Below, one piece after another: positions 11,861 to 24,670 of a stretch of DNA of 64,000 nt (the first letter of the stretch is position 1; every line of letters begins with the position of its first letter). The notes below the pieces were generated by a model. That model did no database searches. It had not been told where the DNA came from and saw only the letters and a program-made list of their open reading frames with translations. The stretch comes from Mobula hypostoma (taxonomy: Eukaryota), in the NCBI RefSeq assembly GCF_963921235.1, contig NC_086108.1, forward strand, positions 74,278,001 through 74,342,000, read 5' to 3'. Both the position numbers and the translations under genes were made by a program.

Positions 11861-13064
11861 TTTTAGATTCCTCTACCCTGGGGAGAAAATTCAATGACAA
11901 TTCATCTTATCTATGCCCTTCATGGTTTTATATGCCTGTATTAGGCCACCCTTCAGTCTCCTATGATCCAGGCGGGAAAGGGTCCCAGTTTCTCCTTGTA
12001 ACTCAAGCTCTTTAGCCCAGTAATGTCTTTGTGAATCTTTCCAACACCCTTTTCAGCTTAATGTCATCTTGTAGCTCAGTGGCTATGACTACACACAACG
12101 CCAAGTGTGATCTCACCGACATCTTATGCAGTTGTGATATGAACACAACTCGAGGTCAGTGTTCTGACCAATGAAGGCACACATGCCAAATACCTCCTTC
12201 GTACAATTTTACAATCATATAATTCTTGATATCACAAGCAAATTTCGTACATATCCCAGGGATTGTTTTTCACCACAGTTGCAGAAGGGAAACTGTTTTA
12301 ACTGTCTCTGGTGATGCACCCTATGAGAACTTGCCTCAAGCAACCTGAACGTAACTTAAATTTCAGTAATGTCTAACTGGGAGATAATTTACATGGGAGG
12401 GGATAGCTGCTGGAGGGAGCATACAAGAAATTATAACCTTTGAGTCCTTTCTGTTGAACCAGAATTATTTTCCTTGCTAGATCTCAGTTTGCACATTTAA
12501 TGTGGAATCAATTTACTCACCATACTGAATATGATAAATATATGAATTACATTATAAGCTTCATTAATTCAAGTTTTACAAGAATCAGGTCATGATACAG
12601 TGTTTTTGCTATTAGAGCAGTTGATACTTAAAAATAGATTTTTGCTTCTTAAATGTTTTTTAAACATGAGCAAGATACAGGTGAATGGAATTTACCCACC
12701 TGGCCTCTCAGTAAGTAAAGTTCTATTTTATTGTGGCTCCAGTTCTTTTTTTCTCTTGCCAGATCCCCATAGCTCTCAATCCTCCACTTAATAAAAATAT
12801 TTACTTCACTTTAAATATTTCTTATGAACAGGCCTTCACAACTCTCTGGGGAAAAGTTCCAGTAATTCACCAGCTGTTTTAAATGACTGTCCCTTGAAGC
12901 TATGTCCCCTCATCTGAGACTCTCCCATGTGAAAACATTTTGGCAACTACCTTGTCCTCGTCCTTGTTGAGTTCTGATATTTTCCATTAAATCACCACTC
13001 GTTCATTTTGGCTCTAAAAAACACAAACCCAGCCTCTTGATAGAACAATTTTCTCATCCTAGGA

Positions 13065-13665
13065 AAAGGCCAGAGTTGTGATGCTGAGGCTTTATAAAGC
13101 ACTGGTGAGGCCTCACCTTGAGAACAGTTTGGGGCTTCTCATCCAAGAAAAGCTATGTTGGCATTGGAAAGGGTCCAGAGGAGGTTCACAAGGATGATTC
13201 CAGGAATGAAAGCGTTATCAAATGAGGAACGTTTGACAACTCTGGGTCTGTACTCGCTGGAATTTAGAAGGATGGGGGAGGATCCCATTGAAACCTTTTG
13301 AATGTTGAAAGGTCTAGACAGAATAGATGTGGAAAGGATGTTTCCCATGATGGGGGTGTCTGGGGCAAGAGGGCACAACCTCAGGCTAGAGAGGTGTTCA
13401 TTTAAAACAGATGTGGAGAAATTTCTTTAGCCAGAGGGTGGTGAATTTGTGGATTTTGCTACCACAGGCAGCTATGGAGGCCAGGTCATTGGGTGTATTT
13501 AAGGCAAAGTTTGCTAGGTTCTTGATTAGCCATGGCATCAAAGGTTATGGGGAGATGGCTGTGGACTGGGGTGAAGAAGGGAAAGAAAGCTCAGCCATGA
13601 TTGAATGGCAGAGCAGACTCGATGGACCAAATGGCCAAATTCTGCTCCTGTGTCATATGGTGCAC
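13065..13665 (+). mobile_element. CR1 LINE 3' fragment (flanked by older minus-strand CR1 pieces)
   Basis: LRLYKALVRPHLE..., ERVQRRFTRMIPG, RNFFSQRVVNLW; CR1-type 3'UTR. Confidence 0.85.
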
Positions 13666-14249
13666 GCTATCCCTCCTTGAGTAAGGGGATGAAAACTGTG
13701 CACCAGTCCTTCAGGTGTGGTCTCAGCGATGTTCTGTACAATGATAACAGGCATTTCCTGTCTCTCAACTCCAATCCCTTGGCAATGAAATCCAACATGA
13801 TGTTTGCTTTCCTCATAATTGACTCTTAACTTCTGGAGATTAGCATATTCATAACTTTGTTATGCCTATTATGATGTTTTAAGTGTTAATAATATTTTAC
13901 AGTGTTTTTAAATAAAGATGATTTGGCAGTAATAAGTAATGGAAATACTGCCGTTAATATGTTTAACCATTTTATACAATTGTGATTTTACTTTTTAAAT
14001 AAGCTTTCTAGAAACACATGTAATTCGAGATATGACATCAGGTTAGATTAATCAAAGTGCTTTCCAGCCTATTAACTGTTTTCAGATAATTTGTACTTTA
14101 TTATCTCACCAAATATTTACTGCACCTAGTTGATTTTGTGGCCTCGCAAGGTGTAGCTTAAATCATGCAGCAAAATAGCAACATTTGTGAAAATGCGCCG
14201 GTAGAAGGCACAATTAATTTCACATATTTGAACATATTTTTTCTTATAG

Positions 14250-14376
14250 TCTACTACTACCAGTGAGAAACATGGTGATCATTTTGCCCGGGGGGATGGT
14301 CGATTTGGTGTGAGTCGTAGAAGACATAATTCTTCAGATGGGTTCTTTACTAATGGTGTACTCCGAGCTGCTGGAG
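14250..14376 (+). CDS. GPBP1L1: GPBP1L1 coding exon 2
   Basis: ttcttatag|STTTSEKHGDHFARGDGRFGVSRRRHNSSDGFFTNGVLRAAG+G|gtagga; 127 nt; RRRHNSSDGF family motif. Confidence 0.95.
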
Positions 14377-14610
14377 GTAGGAAAGGTACAAGTTAATGGT
14401 TACACATTTCCAGTTCAAGATGAAAAATTGTAACACTTAGTTTCAGTTGGTTTTGCAAAACGTCTTCAATTACATGAGGTTTTTCTTCAGTTTTATTTAT
14501 TTCTGGGTATATGTGAAGAGGAAGCTTTGTTTAATTTTGAAATGTGGTTATATTAATAAAATACCTGGTATAGTGAATTTTCTTAATACTTCATAATTTT
14601 CTTAATAATT

Positions 14611-15200
14611 CATCCACAAACTCGTAAGGAAGCTCAAATCCTAGCTTATGTGAGTCAAAGGTCTCCTGGGACTCAGGATGGCTGGTGTTTACAGGATTCC
14701 TGTGAATGTGGAGCAGCCTATATCGGCCAGACAGGACGCACGGTGGAAACCGCATCAAGGAGCGCCAGAGGTGTATCCATTTGGGTTACCCAGAGAAATC
14801 GGCGGTAGCAGAACATTGCATTTGCAATGGCCATAGGAATGACTTCAGTAGGAACTACAGTGCTGTGCCAGTGGCTTTTGGGACCATCTGGTGAAGGAAG
14901 CCATTGAAATAAAACGGGAGAAAAATAAGATGAAGATCTCGCTCTAAGTGAGAACTAGAATTTGATTGTAAGCAAGGTGGGACAGCAGAAAGCTGATTGG
15001 TTGAGGACTAACCAGTCAGGAAGCATGGACGACTGGGGTATATATACCACCGGACTAGACATGCATAGGCATCATCCCTGATGAAAATGGCAGAGTTTGT
15101 CATCGAAGTGTCAGTTAAAATCAATACCCGTACCCAGCTGGTAGTTTGGAAAGAGTTTATTCATCATATATGCAGGGAAAGCATAAGATCCTTTTTCAGT
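14611..15200 (+). mobile_element. Penelope/Poseidon-type PLE 3' fragment (GIY-YIG endonuclease plus 3' hammerhead)
   Basis: GVYRIP/CECGAAYIGQTGRTVETRIKERQR...KSAVAEHC GIY-YIG signature at about 14684-14835; CTGATGA...GAAGTGTC motif at 15078-15112. Confidence 0.85.
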
Positions 15201-16619
15201 TTTCTTTACGATGGTAGAATATTTCCAGAGTGAAATCGATGGTCAAATGTGGCAACATTCACTGTTGCTGCATTGGTCTCTCAAATTTCCTGGCAAGCAT
15301 ATGAGGGAGAGTTGCTTTCAGTGACATGTCCCAACGTCTTTGTACCTTGAAATAGTTTTTGACAGGGCATTCACCTTTTGTAACTATTTGTAGAAAATTC
15401 CAATTAAACTCTCAACCATAAGCGTGCAGGTAGCATTTGTGGTGATGACACAGTGGTACTATTACCTTTGACTCTTGCACTTCAATCTGATTGAAGAACT
15501 GCCGGAACTCATTGATGCGTAGCTGAACCTGGCTACGTAGGCACTATTAAAATTGTAAACTGATTATACTCCGAGGTAGAATTTTGCAAGGGTTTAAAAA
15601 AAAGTACATGTAAACAGTCTTTAACTCCTTTTTCACATTGTTCCGTACTGCCAAGTGACCAGATAATTTTGTTTCCTAAGCCCAAGATTTTCTTCAGCTC
15701 TAACCCAGCTCGCTGTCTCCCACTGCTGCTGCATACTTTTTGCTCAGGATGCTGAGAATTGTCAGACACTCCCATCTACCGATCCATTAGGACCTCACTA
15801 AGTTTTGCTTCCAGCCCCAGTCCCCAATTTCAAAGAACTCTTTCCAGTCCATCTGCCCTTGACTTGTAAAGTTCATCAGTGCTGCTTAGTAGAGAAAAAA
15901 AAGTTAGGACTTGGAAAGCTGTTCTGAACAATGAACTTATTTGAGACCAAAAGTCTAGGCTGCTTTGGCTTTACCAAAATCTAAGTACTTCGGCAGTCCT
16001 GAACAAAAATTGAATGTAAAGTGGGTGATGTAGTCACTTGATGTATATATGGCAAATCAAACTTCCTTTATGACTCTGGTAACCAGCATCAATCATTGGA
16101 TTGTCCAGTCACATTCAACTCTCAATAGAAATGTCATGGAAATTATCTTTTGAGTCTATTTCCCTTTATGAAAAGCTATTACAAACTCATAAACCTCTGA
16201 TGGACCACTTTATCTTCTCCCTATGCTGTCTGATTTTGTTTGCAATTTTTAATACAGTTACATAGAGATTCATCTAAGGTGGTAGAGAACTGTATTTGGG
16301 CAGAATAAGTTAATGTGAGGAATGAATACTAACTAAAGTTTGTGATCACTCCTAAGTGATACCGTCCTACAACTTATCCAGAGCTGTATTGAGCAGTTAG
16401 TTCAGAGGGGTGATATGACTTGCTTGGAATATACTGCTAATGAGTTTATTGGTAGATTTGGCATTCTTTCACTGTTTAGAACTGGCTAGTATTTGCAGTT
16501 GTGATGATGATTAAAATATATATATATTTAAATAGACCCCTATAATTTATGTAGGAAAACCTTTAGCTTAAGAAACAAAAGTACCTGGTTAATTGACAAA
16601 ATGGAAGGTTATCATGAAT

Positions 16620-17185
16620 AAACACAAGCAATCCTGCAAATGCTGGAAGTCCAGAGTAACACACACAAAGCTGGCAAGACATAGAGGTGTTGTGGACAGA
16701 GTATTCATGACCCCAGACAGGTTGGAGGCACAGTACCTGATATACCACCTGAGTAGCCTCTAACCTAAAGGCATGAGCATTGATTTCTCTAACTTCTGGT
16801 CATTTCTTCTCCTTCCCCCCTCCTTTCTTTTTCTGTTTCCTATTCTGGATCCCATTTTATCCCTTCTCAACACCTCCCTCTTGTGCCCCTTCTCCTTCCT
16901 TTTCTCCCATGGTCCACTTTCCTCTCCTGTCAGATTTCTTCTTCAGCCCTTTTCCTTTTCTACTGATCATCTCCCACCTTCTCCCCCCCCCCACCCCCAC
17001 CTGGTTTCAGCTATCACCTTCTAGCTTGTACTCGTACTCCTACCCCTACTCCCAACTTTCCCCCTTTTCCCCCTTTATTTGAAGTCCTGATAAAAGGTCT
17101 CAGCCTGAAAAATTGGCTCTCTATCCCTCTCCATAGATACTGCCTGACCTGTTGAATTCCTCCAGCATTTTGTGTGAGTCGCTTA
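16620..17185 (+). mobile_element. PLE 3' fragment preceded by an inverted terminal piece
   Basis: Minus-oriented terminus (ctgcaaatgctggaagtcc...acacacaaa) at 16620-16680, then plus-oriented LSSL*PKGMSIDFSNF, CT tract and decayed hammerhead at 17083-17118. Confidence 0.75.
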
Positions 17186-18199
17186 GGTTATTGTGAGTGG
17201 AGTAAAGAGAAAGTTTTCATATGCTTTCAGTACCTACTGTATACAACAGAATATTTCATCACTTTTGGAGATGGAGTAATAATGCCTCTCCTTTAATCTA
17301 TGCATTTATATTTGTTTCCAATTGTTTAGAGTTTTCAAAACTTTGCTTCTCCATTGTCAATCTAGTGGGTGATTTGTTTATTTGCAGTGTTTTTGTCAAG
17401 TAAATAATGAGCAATATTACTATAGTTAGTTGTTTTTACTGATTCTGTATTTCAGGCAATATTTTATTAGGCAAAAATGTTATGAAACATTGAGTTAGTC
17501 TACCATCAGAGCAGCAGACAGGAATAATACTGTGCCTTATATTTAACTAAATTTGTCTTTGTCATTGTCACTTGTCAAGTCTCAACGGTAAACATCAGGT
17601 ATGAAATAATTTGTAGAAGTACACCATCAATGATAGGATGTAACTGAGCTTTGCAGAAATATGGCAATATTGACCAAAGGTAAAGGCTGTTTTGATTTTT
17701 ACCAAAATCTAATTAGTTGGTCTATTGGAAACTAGGATTTCATGGAAACTAGACTGACCAATTTAAGATATCTTTTCCTGTGCCACCTTTTTGAAGTAGA
17801 ATCGAAATTAGTCACTTTTTTTTCTTGTAATCTTATAAGCTAGAGATTTTCTGTATTTACGTTGTTTTGGTGTGTTTTTCAGCCATGTGTTTTCGATACT
17901 CAAAGTTAACAAATTTGAATAATTTATATGACTAAAACATGTTTTCTGTTCTTTAGTTGCAACTTGAAATTGTTTCCAATTTGTTCTGTTGATAGACATC
18001 TTTTCCATATTAAATGGCTTGGATTCCATAAATCTTTGTAGTTCACTCAAATTTAGTTTGGGAAAATCAAAGAATATCATCTGCAATTTTAATAAAATAA
18101 CAAAAACAGCAAAACTAGATGTGAAAATTCATGCCATCTATGCATTTGCAGTTTTGCTTAATGAAAAGACTAATATCTTGAAATTTGTTTAATTTTTAG

Positions 18200-18495
18200 A
18201 TGGTTGCTATCAACCTTCATTACTTCGTCATGATTCTGTTGATTCGGGGGTATCTAAGAATGTTCAAGTTAACCTTGCTGGAAGTCAGGGTTGGAAGGAG
18301 AATGCAGCTTGGCACAATGTAACTAGAGGTCATGATGTTGTCAATCAGCGTGGGGGTGGTGGTGGCCATAGGCACTGGAATGGCAACTTCCACAACCGGA
18401 AAAGCTCAGGATTCCAGGACAAACCACCAGTTGAGGTCAAGGAAGAGAAAAAGGAAGAAAAGGATGAAAAACTTCAATTTGAAGAGGAAGACTTT
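18200..18495 (+). CDS. GPBP1L1: GPBP1L1 coding exon 3
   Basis: tttttag|(D)GCYQPSLLRHDSVDSGVSK...HRHWNGNFHNRK...EKLQFEEEDF|gtaagt; 296 nt; phase consistent with exon 2. Confidence 0.96.
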
Positions 18496-18589
18496 GTAAG
18501 TATTTTTGTAACATCTGTGCAATAGCTATTTTGAAATTAAATGTGTACTTGGAAAAATGGGAATTCTATTAGAAGTAGTCAAATAAATT

Positions 18590-21440
18590 TTTTTTTTCTT
18601 TTTAATAATACAGAAGATATGTCAAAATTGGTTATATGGGATACATTTAAAGCATATTTGTGAGGTCAGATAATCTCCTATTTGGCTAAGCTTAAGAAAC
18701 AGACAAAAATAGAGTTAGATAGGATTTCAAAACAAATTAAAGACTCGGATAACACTTATCTCCTAATATTGATTTATTTAAACAAAGGGTTAAACTTCAA
18801 TCACCATATAATTTATTATTAACTTATCCTATTGAAAGAAATTTGCTTAAATTAAAAAGTCAATTTTATGTGTTTGGAGATGGAAGTAATAAGCTACTAG
18901 CATCCCAACTAAAAGCAGTTAGAGCTAAAAGACAAATTTTAAAAATTTGTCAGGGAGATGGTAGTTTAGCTTGTAACTATGAAGATATTAATAAAATTTT
19001 TCAAGACTATTACAGTGAACTCTATAAATCTGTTTCCAGCTGATCCTTCTGAAATGAATGCCCTTTTACAAAAGATTGATTTTCCTAGAATATCTGTTGA
19101 AGATCAACAAATTCTTGATACTCCTTTTACTGAAAGAGAAATTCAGAAAGCTATTTTTTCAATGCAATCTGGTAAAGCTCCTGGACTAGATGATTTTTCT
19201 GTAGGATTTTATAAAAAATTTGAAAATTTGCTTACTCCTTATATGTTGGAAATGTTTAAAGATTCTTTTTTGTTAGGAGAGTTACCTTCTACATTTTATG
19301 AAGCTTCTATTTCTTTAATTCTTAAGAAAGATAAAGACCCTATGGATTGTGCTTCATATAGAACTATCTCATTATTAAATGTAGATGCCAAAATTCTTTC
19401 AAATATAATGGCTAATCGGTTGGAGAATATACTAGCTAAAATTATTTCTCAGGACCAAACAGGTTTTATAAAAGGCCGTTATACTTTTTTCTAACACTCG
19501 GAGACTGTTAAATGTTATATACTCATCCCTCTCGAAAACTCCCCAATGTGTTGTTTCTCTTGATGCTGAAAAGGCATTTGATAGAGTTGAATGGAAATAT
19601 TTATTTAACGTTTTAGAGAAATTTAGCTTTGGTACTAATTTTAATAAGTGGATTAGAATGATATATAAAAGCCCTATTGCCACTGTGATTACTAATAACT
19701 GTAGATCCCCCTTTTTTTGACTTTCGCGGGGTACGAGACAAAGATGTCCGTTAAGTCCTTTGTTATTTAATTTGGTGCTGGAACCTTTGGCTATTGCACT
19801 TTGTGAAGCTAAGGATATTCAAGGAATTTCCATAAATGGGATTATTCAAAAGATTTCCCTTTATGCTGATGATCTTTTAGTTTATATTTCAAATCCTGAA
19901 GAATCTAGTCCTAGTTTATTGAAAGTATTAAATGAATTTGGAAAATTTTCAGGATATAAATTAAACCTGCATAAAAATGAATTAAAAACGCAAATACAAG
20001 GAAGTCTGCAGATGCTGGAATTTCAAGCAACACACATCAAAGTTGCTGGTGAACGCAGCAGGCCAGGCAGCATCTCTAGGAAGAGGTACAGTTGACGTTT
20101 GGGACCGAGACCCTTCGTCAGGACTAACTGAAAGAAGAGCTAGTAAGAGATTTGGCGGGGGGGGGGGGGAGATCCGAAATGATAGGAGAAGACAGGAGGG
20201 GGAGGGATGGAGCCAAGAGCTGGAAAGTTGATTGGCAAAAGGGATATGAGAGGATCATGGGACAGGAGGCCTAGGGAGAAAGAAAAGGGGGAGGGGGGAA
20301 GCCCAGTGGATGGGCAAGGGGTTTAGTGAGAGGGACCGAGGGAGAAAAAGGAGAGAGAAAAAGAAAGTGTTTATATAAATAAATAACAGTTGGGGTATGA
20401 GGGAGAGGTGGGGCATTAGCGGAAGTTTGAGAAGTCAATGTTCAAACCGTCAGGTTGGAGGCTACCCAGACAGAATATAAGGTGTTGTTGTGTTGTTCCT
20501 CCAACCTGAGTGTGCTTTCTCTGGTGGACAGAGCATAGGTGTTCAGCGAAATGATCTCCCAGTCTGCGTTGGGTCTTGCCTATATATATATATATATATT
20601 TCGTTATATATATATATATATATATATAGGGGAGACCCAACGAAGACTGGGAGATCGTTTCGCTGAACACCTACGCTCTGTGTATGTATGTGTGTGTGTG
20701 TGTATATATATCTATATCTGCATCGGGAGCACCGAACTTGCCAATATAGAAGGCCGCATTGGGAAATCTATTTTTTCTACAATTTCTAAAGCTTTAAAAA
20801 TTAATTTACAACCTAATAAATTGACAGTTTTATTTGGTATAATTCCTCAATATATTCATGGTATTTCTATATCAGACCAATATGTAACTGCATTTGTTAC
20901 ATTATTGGCTAAAAGGGCTATTTTATTAAAATGGAAAGATGCTTCTGCTCCCACTTTGATACAATGGTTCTCTCAGGTGATGCTATGTCTTAGTTTGGAA
21001 AAAATCAGAAGTTGAACTTTTGATCCTCGATTTCACTTTGAGAAAAGGTGGGGCTCTTTTGCCTGCTACTATCATTTGATTTGAGTTAATTAAGATGGTT
21101 CCCTTCTGATTCTTGGGTAAATGGATTTGGTTGGCGGATTGATGTCTTTTTTTTATAGAAGCTTGTATGGCGTATAGCTCTGGGTTTATGCTCCAGGTGT
21201 TTTTTTTCCTTGTTTTTTTTGTTTGTTAGCTGTTTTTTTTTGTTTTAGTTAATAGGGGTTCCTTTTTTCCTTTTGTAAAAAAAAAGCTTTAACATTTTGA
21301 TTTTTTAAATTATTATTATTGATATACTGTTTAGCTTGGTTAATAGTTTGACTTATACATATTGATATATTGACTTGATTATTTTAATGTGTTTTTTTTA
21401 TTGTCAGTTTTCAATAATAATTAATAAAAAGATTTTAAAA
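18590..21440 (+). mobile_element. L1-clade LINE ORF2 fragment and 3'UTR, interrupted by a PLE
   Basis: WDTFKAYL, GKAPGLD, SYRTISLLNVDAKI, SLDAEKAFDRVEW, RGTRQRCPLSP, SLYADDLL; T-rich 3'UTR; AATAAA at about 21423. Confidence 0.9.
19985..20755 (-). mobile_element. PLE fragment nested in the L1, with an internal inversion and (TA)n
   Basis: Terminus ctgcagatgctggaatttcaagcaacacacatcaaag; YIGKTQRRLGDHFAEHL and LGSLQPDGLNIDFSNFR on the minus strand; hammerhead-like motif 20090-20125. Confidence 0.88.
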
Positions 21441-21493
21441 TGAAATGAGTAATAAGTTCATTAAATTGTATTGGATAAACTCTCTTTAAACAG

Positions 21494-21566
21494 CCGTCCT
21501 TGAATCCTGATGCTGAAAAGCAGCTGAGCCAGAGCAGACCTGTGAGCACACCTGCAGGAGTATGGG
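21494..21566 (+). CDS. GPBP1L1: GPBP1L1 coding exon 4
   Basis: tttaaacag|PSLNPDAEKQLSQSRPVSTPAGVW+G|gtaaga; 73 nt; completes the EDFPSLNP motif. Confidence 0.95.
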
Positions 21567-23155
21567 GTAAGAAGACAGTAGAGAATTGTATATATTTAGA
21601 TTTGGGGTCATTTATTTAATTACATGTACATTGAAACATACAATGAAATGAATTGAATATTGTTGTGATGTCGCAGTTATCGTGGAAATTCATATAGTTT
21701 GAAAGATATTAAATTGTGTTTGCTTGCCCTTGTAAGTCTCAAGTATGCTCTGAGTTTTTGTATCAGCTGCAGACTTTATCAGACAAAACAAGTTAACCTC
21801 AGTGTGCCTGATACTGGAGGGCCATAATTGGAAAAGATAATGGTGACAAGATGCAAAATTAATCTGCCACCAGTGGAGTTTAAAAATGAGAAGTCCTTCA
21901 CAATGCAGAGCACTAAGTATCTATTCAGATTTTCATTTCCTAAGGGGGCATTGCTGAGAAGTGAAACCCTCAGCATTTATTTGCAAACATATCTGAAAGT
22001 CGGGGTGAACTGAACTTCTGATCTTAAGTGATGCAGTAACTTCTCAAATGTGTGACAAATTCAAAATTAGATTTAGGCAATCAGTTTTGACCAGTATTAG
22101 TATGCATGCCCGATATCTGTAAAACGTCGATTTGAGTCAACTGTTAATTCACTTACTGGCCCCTTAGTCAGCTCACCCTGCTAAGTAGTACTTCTATATT
22201 TTCAGAGCTGAGTGAACAGCTGATCAGACTAGAAAAGATCATCTGCTGTTTGGGGTGAAGCATGACTATTGCAATTGCCTCTGATGACTTCTTCACCCTC
22301 CCATCTATTTTTTTTCCTCATCTGCTTTCACCTCTCACCATCTGCCTCTGTCTCCCAATTCCAGCCATCACTCTTCTTCCTTCACTTAGGACCTATTGGT
22401 CCCTGTCTCATCCCTCTTTGTACTGACTGCCGTACCTCTCCTCTCTGTCCTGATGCAGAGTATCAACCTAAAATCTTGACAGTTCCTTTCCTGCCACAAA
22501 TGTTACTCAACTTGCTGAGTTCCTGCAACAGTTTGTTCTTTGCCTGTGACAGGGGCCTTCATGACTGAAGAGGGAACCATGGCTGTAAAAGAACATTACA
22601 TTGCTCAGAACAAATTTATAATTAAGTTTTGATTTCGAATGAAGGTTTCAGTGTGTTCGGTGAACGTCTCTGTGGTGTATTAAACTTTATTATGGTAAAA
22701 CTTAAGTTGGAATGCTCTTTCAGTTAATGCAACATAATGAATACTATGTCATCTATCAATTGACTCTAACAGACAGGACCTACTAACATTTGAGTAAACA
22801 AAGACTAGTTAACATAGCTTTGCATGGGAAATCATTTTTCTCAGATATTTTACTTTTGTTTTGGAAGTGAATGAGCGGATTGATGAGGGCAGGATGGTGC
22901 AGTTTGAGAGGGAGAAGATAAAGTCAGATGTATCAGTGGAGTAAAGAGAATTATAGAAGCATGACCTGTGATTGGAAGGACACACTAGGAAGGATGATGA
23001 TGGAACAGAAATGGCTGGAATTTCTGGGGTTAATTTGGAAGGTGCAGCACAGATGCATCCCAATGGAAAAGTCATATTCTAAAGGGAGGACGAGGCAACC
23101 ATGGCTGACAAGGAAAGTCAAAGACAGTATAAAAACAAAAGAGGGTACATATAAT

Positions 23156-23456
23156 GTTGAATATCGGGTGAGTGATTAGTCTTTGAGGTACTGCAAGTCT
23201 GTGTCTTTATTGATGCTTTGCTGCACGCTTGAGTACTTGGTGGGGGTCGCCAATGCTTTTTTTTGCTGGGGGTGCCATTGCTTTGCTGCTGCTTGTGTGT
23301 GGGAGGGGGAGCTGGGGGGGAGGCTTTGGGGTTCTAACATTTAACTGTCATTCATTCCTTGGGGCACTCTGTTTTCGTGGATGTTTGCAAAGAAAAAGAA
23401 TTTCAGGATGTATATCGTATACATTTCTCTGACATTAAGTGTACCTATTGAAACCT
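23156..23456 (+). mobile_element. Non-coding retroposon (SINE or non-autonomous LINE), copy 1
   Basis: Reverse complement of the copies at 24375-24670 and 60150-60465; ends gacattaagtgtacctattgaaacct. Confidence 0.7.
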
Positions 23457-24374
23457 AATACAGCAAAAATTAGTGGGAAGTTAGAAGATTGAGAAACTTT
23501 TAAAAACCAACAGAAGGCAATTTAAGAAAGAGCCATGAGGAGAGAAAAGTTGAAATATGAATGTAAGCAGGCCAGTGGTATAAAAGAGGATACCAACATA
23601 TTTTCAGATGTATAAGGAGTAAAAGGGAGGTTAGAGTGGATATTGGACCACTGGAAAATGATGCTGGAGAGGGAGTAATGGGGGACAAAGAAATGGTAGA
23701 TGAACTTGATAATTCTTTTGCACCTTGCATCAGTTTTCACTGTGGAAGACACTAGCAGCATGCCACCAAATTTAGCGTCGGAGTAGAAGTGAGTGTATTT
23801 GTTACTGAGAGAAGGTGCTTAGGAAGCTGAAAGGTCTGAAGGTAGATGAGGCACCTGGACCAGATGGATGGACTATACCCTAGGGTTCTGAAAGATGGAG
23901 CTGAAGAGATTGTGGAGGTATTAATAATTCAAGTTTCTAGAATTGTTCTGGAAGACCAGAAAATTGCAAATGTCACTTCAGTCTTCAAGAAGGGAAGGAA
24001 TTAGAAGAAAGGAAATTATAGGCCAGTTAGCCTGACTTCAGTGGTTGTGAAGATGTTGGAGTGCATTATTGAGGATGAAGTTTCAGGGGGAGGCACATGA
24101 TAAAATAGGCCAAAGTCAGCTTGGTTTCCTTCAGGTGACATCTTTCCTGACAGATTTGTTGTAATATGTTAAAGAAATAACAGGCAAGGTAGACAATGGA
24201 GAGACAGTAAATGTGCTTACTTGGATTTTCAGAAGGCCTTTGACAAGATGCCACACATGAGGCTGCTTAACAATATATAATATACAGGATCGATTGAAGG
24301 CCTGAGTTAAAGGGAAAGGTTGGGCAGGCTAGGACTTTATTCCTTGAATGTTGGACACTGTGGGAGAGTGATGG

Positions 24375-24670
24375 TCAAAGGTTTTTCAAAGGTACATTTA
24401 ATGTCAGAGAAATGTATACAATATACATCCTGAAATGCTTTTTCTTCGAAACCATCCACAAAAACAGAGAAGTGCCCCCAAAGATTAAATGACAGTTAAA
24501 TGTTAGAACCCCAAAGTTCCCCCCAGCTGCCCCCCCACACATAAGCAGCAGCAAGCAACTATCCCCCTCTCTCCACCAGCAAAAATAAAGCATCGACACC
24601 TACCACCGAGCACTCAAGCATGCGAAGACACAGACTTGCAGTACCCCAAAGACTACTCGTTCACCTGGTA
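24375..24670 (-). mobile_element. Non-coding retroposon, copy 2
   Basis: Starts with a (tcaaagg..)2 tail, then gtacatttaatgtcagagaaatgtata; colinear with 60150-60455. Confidence 0.7.
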
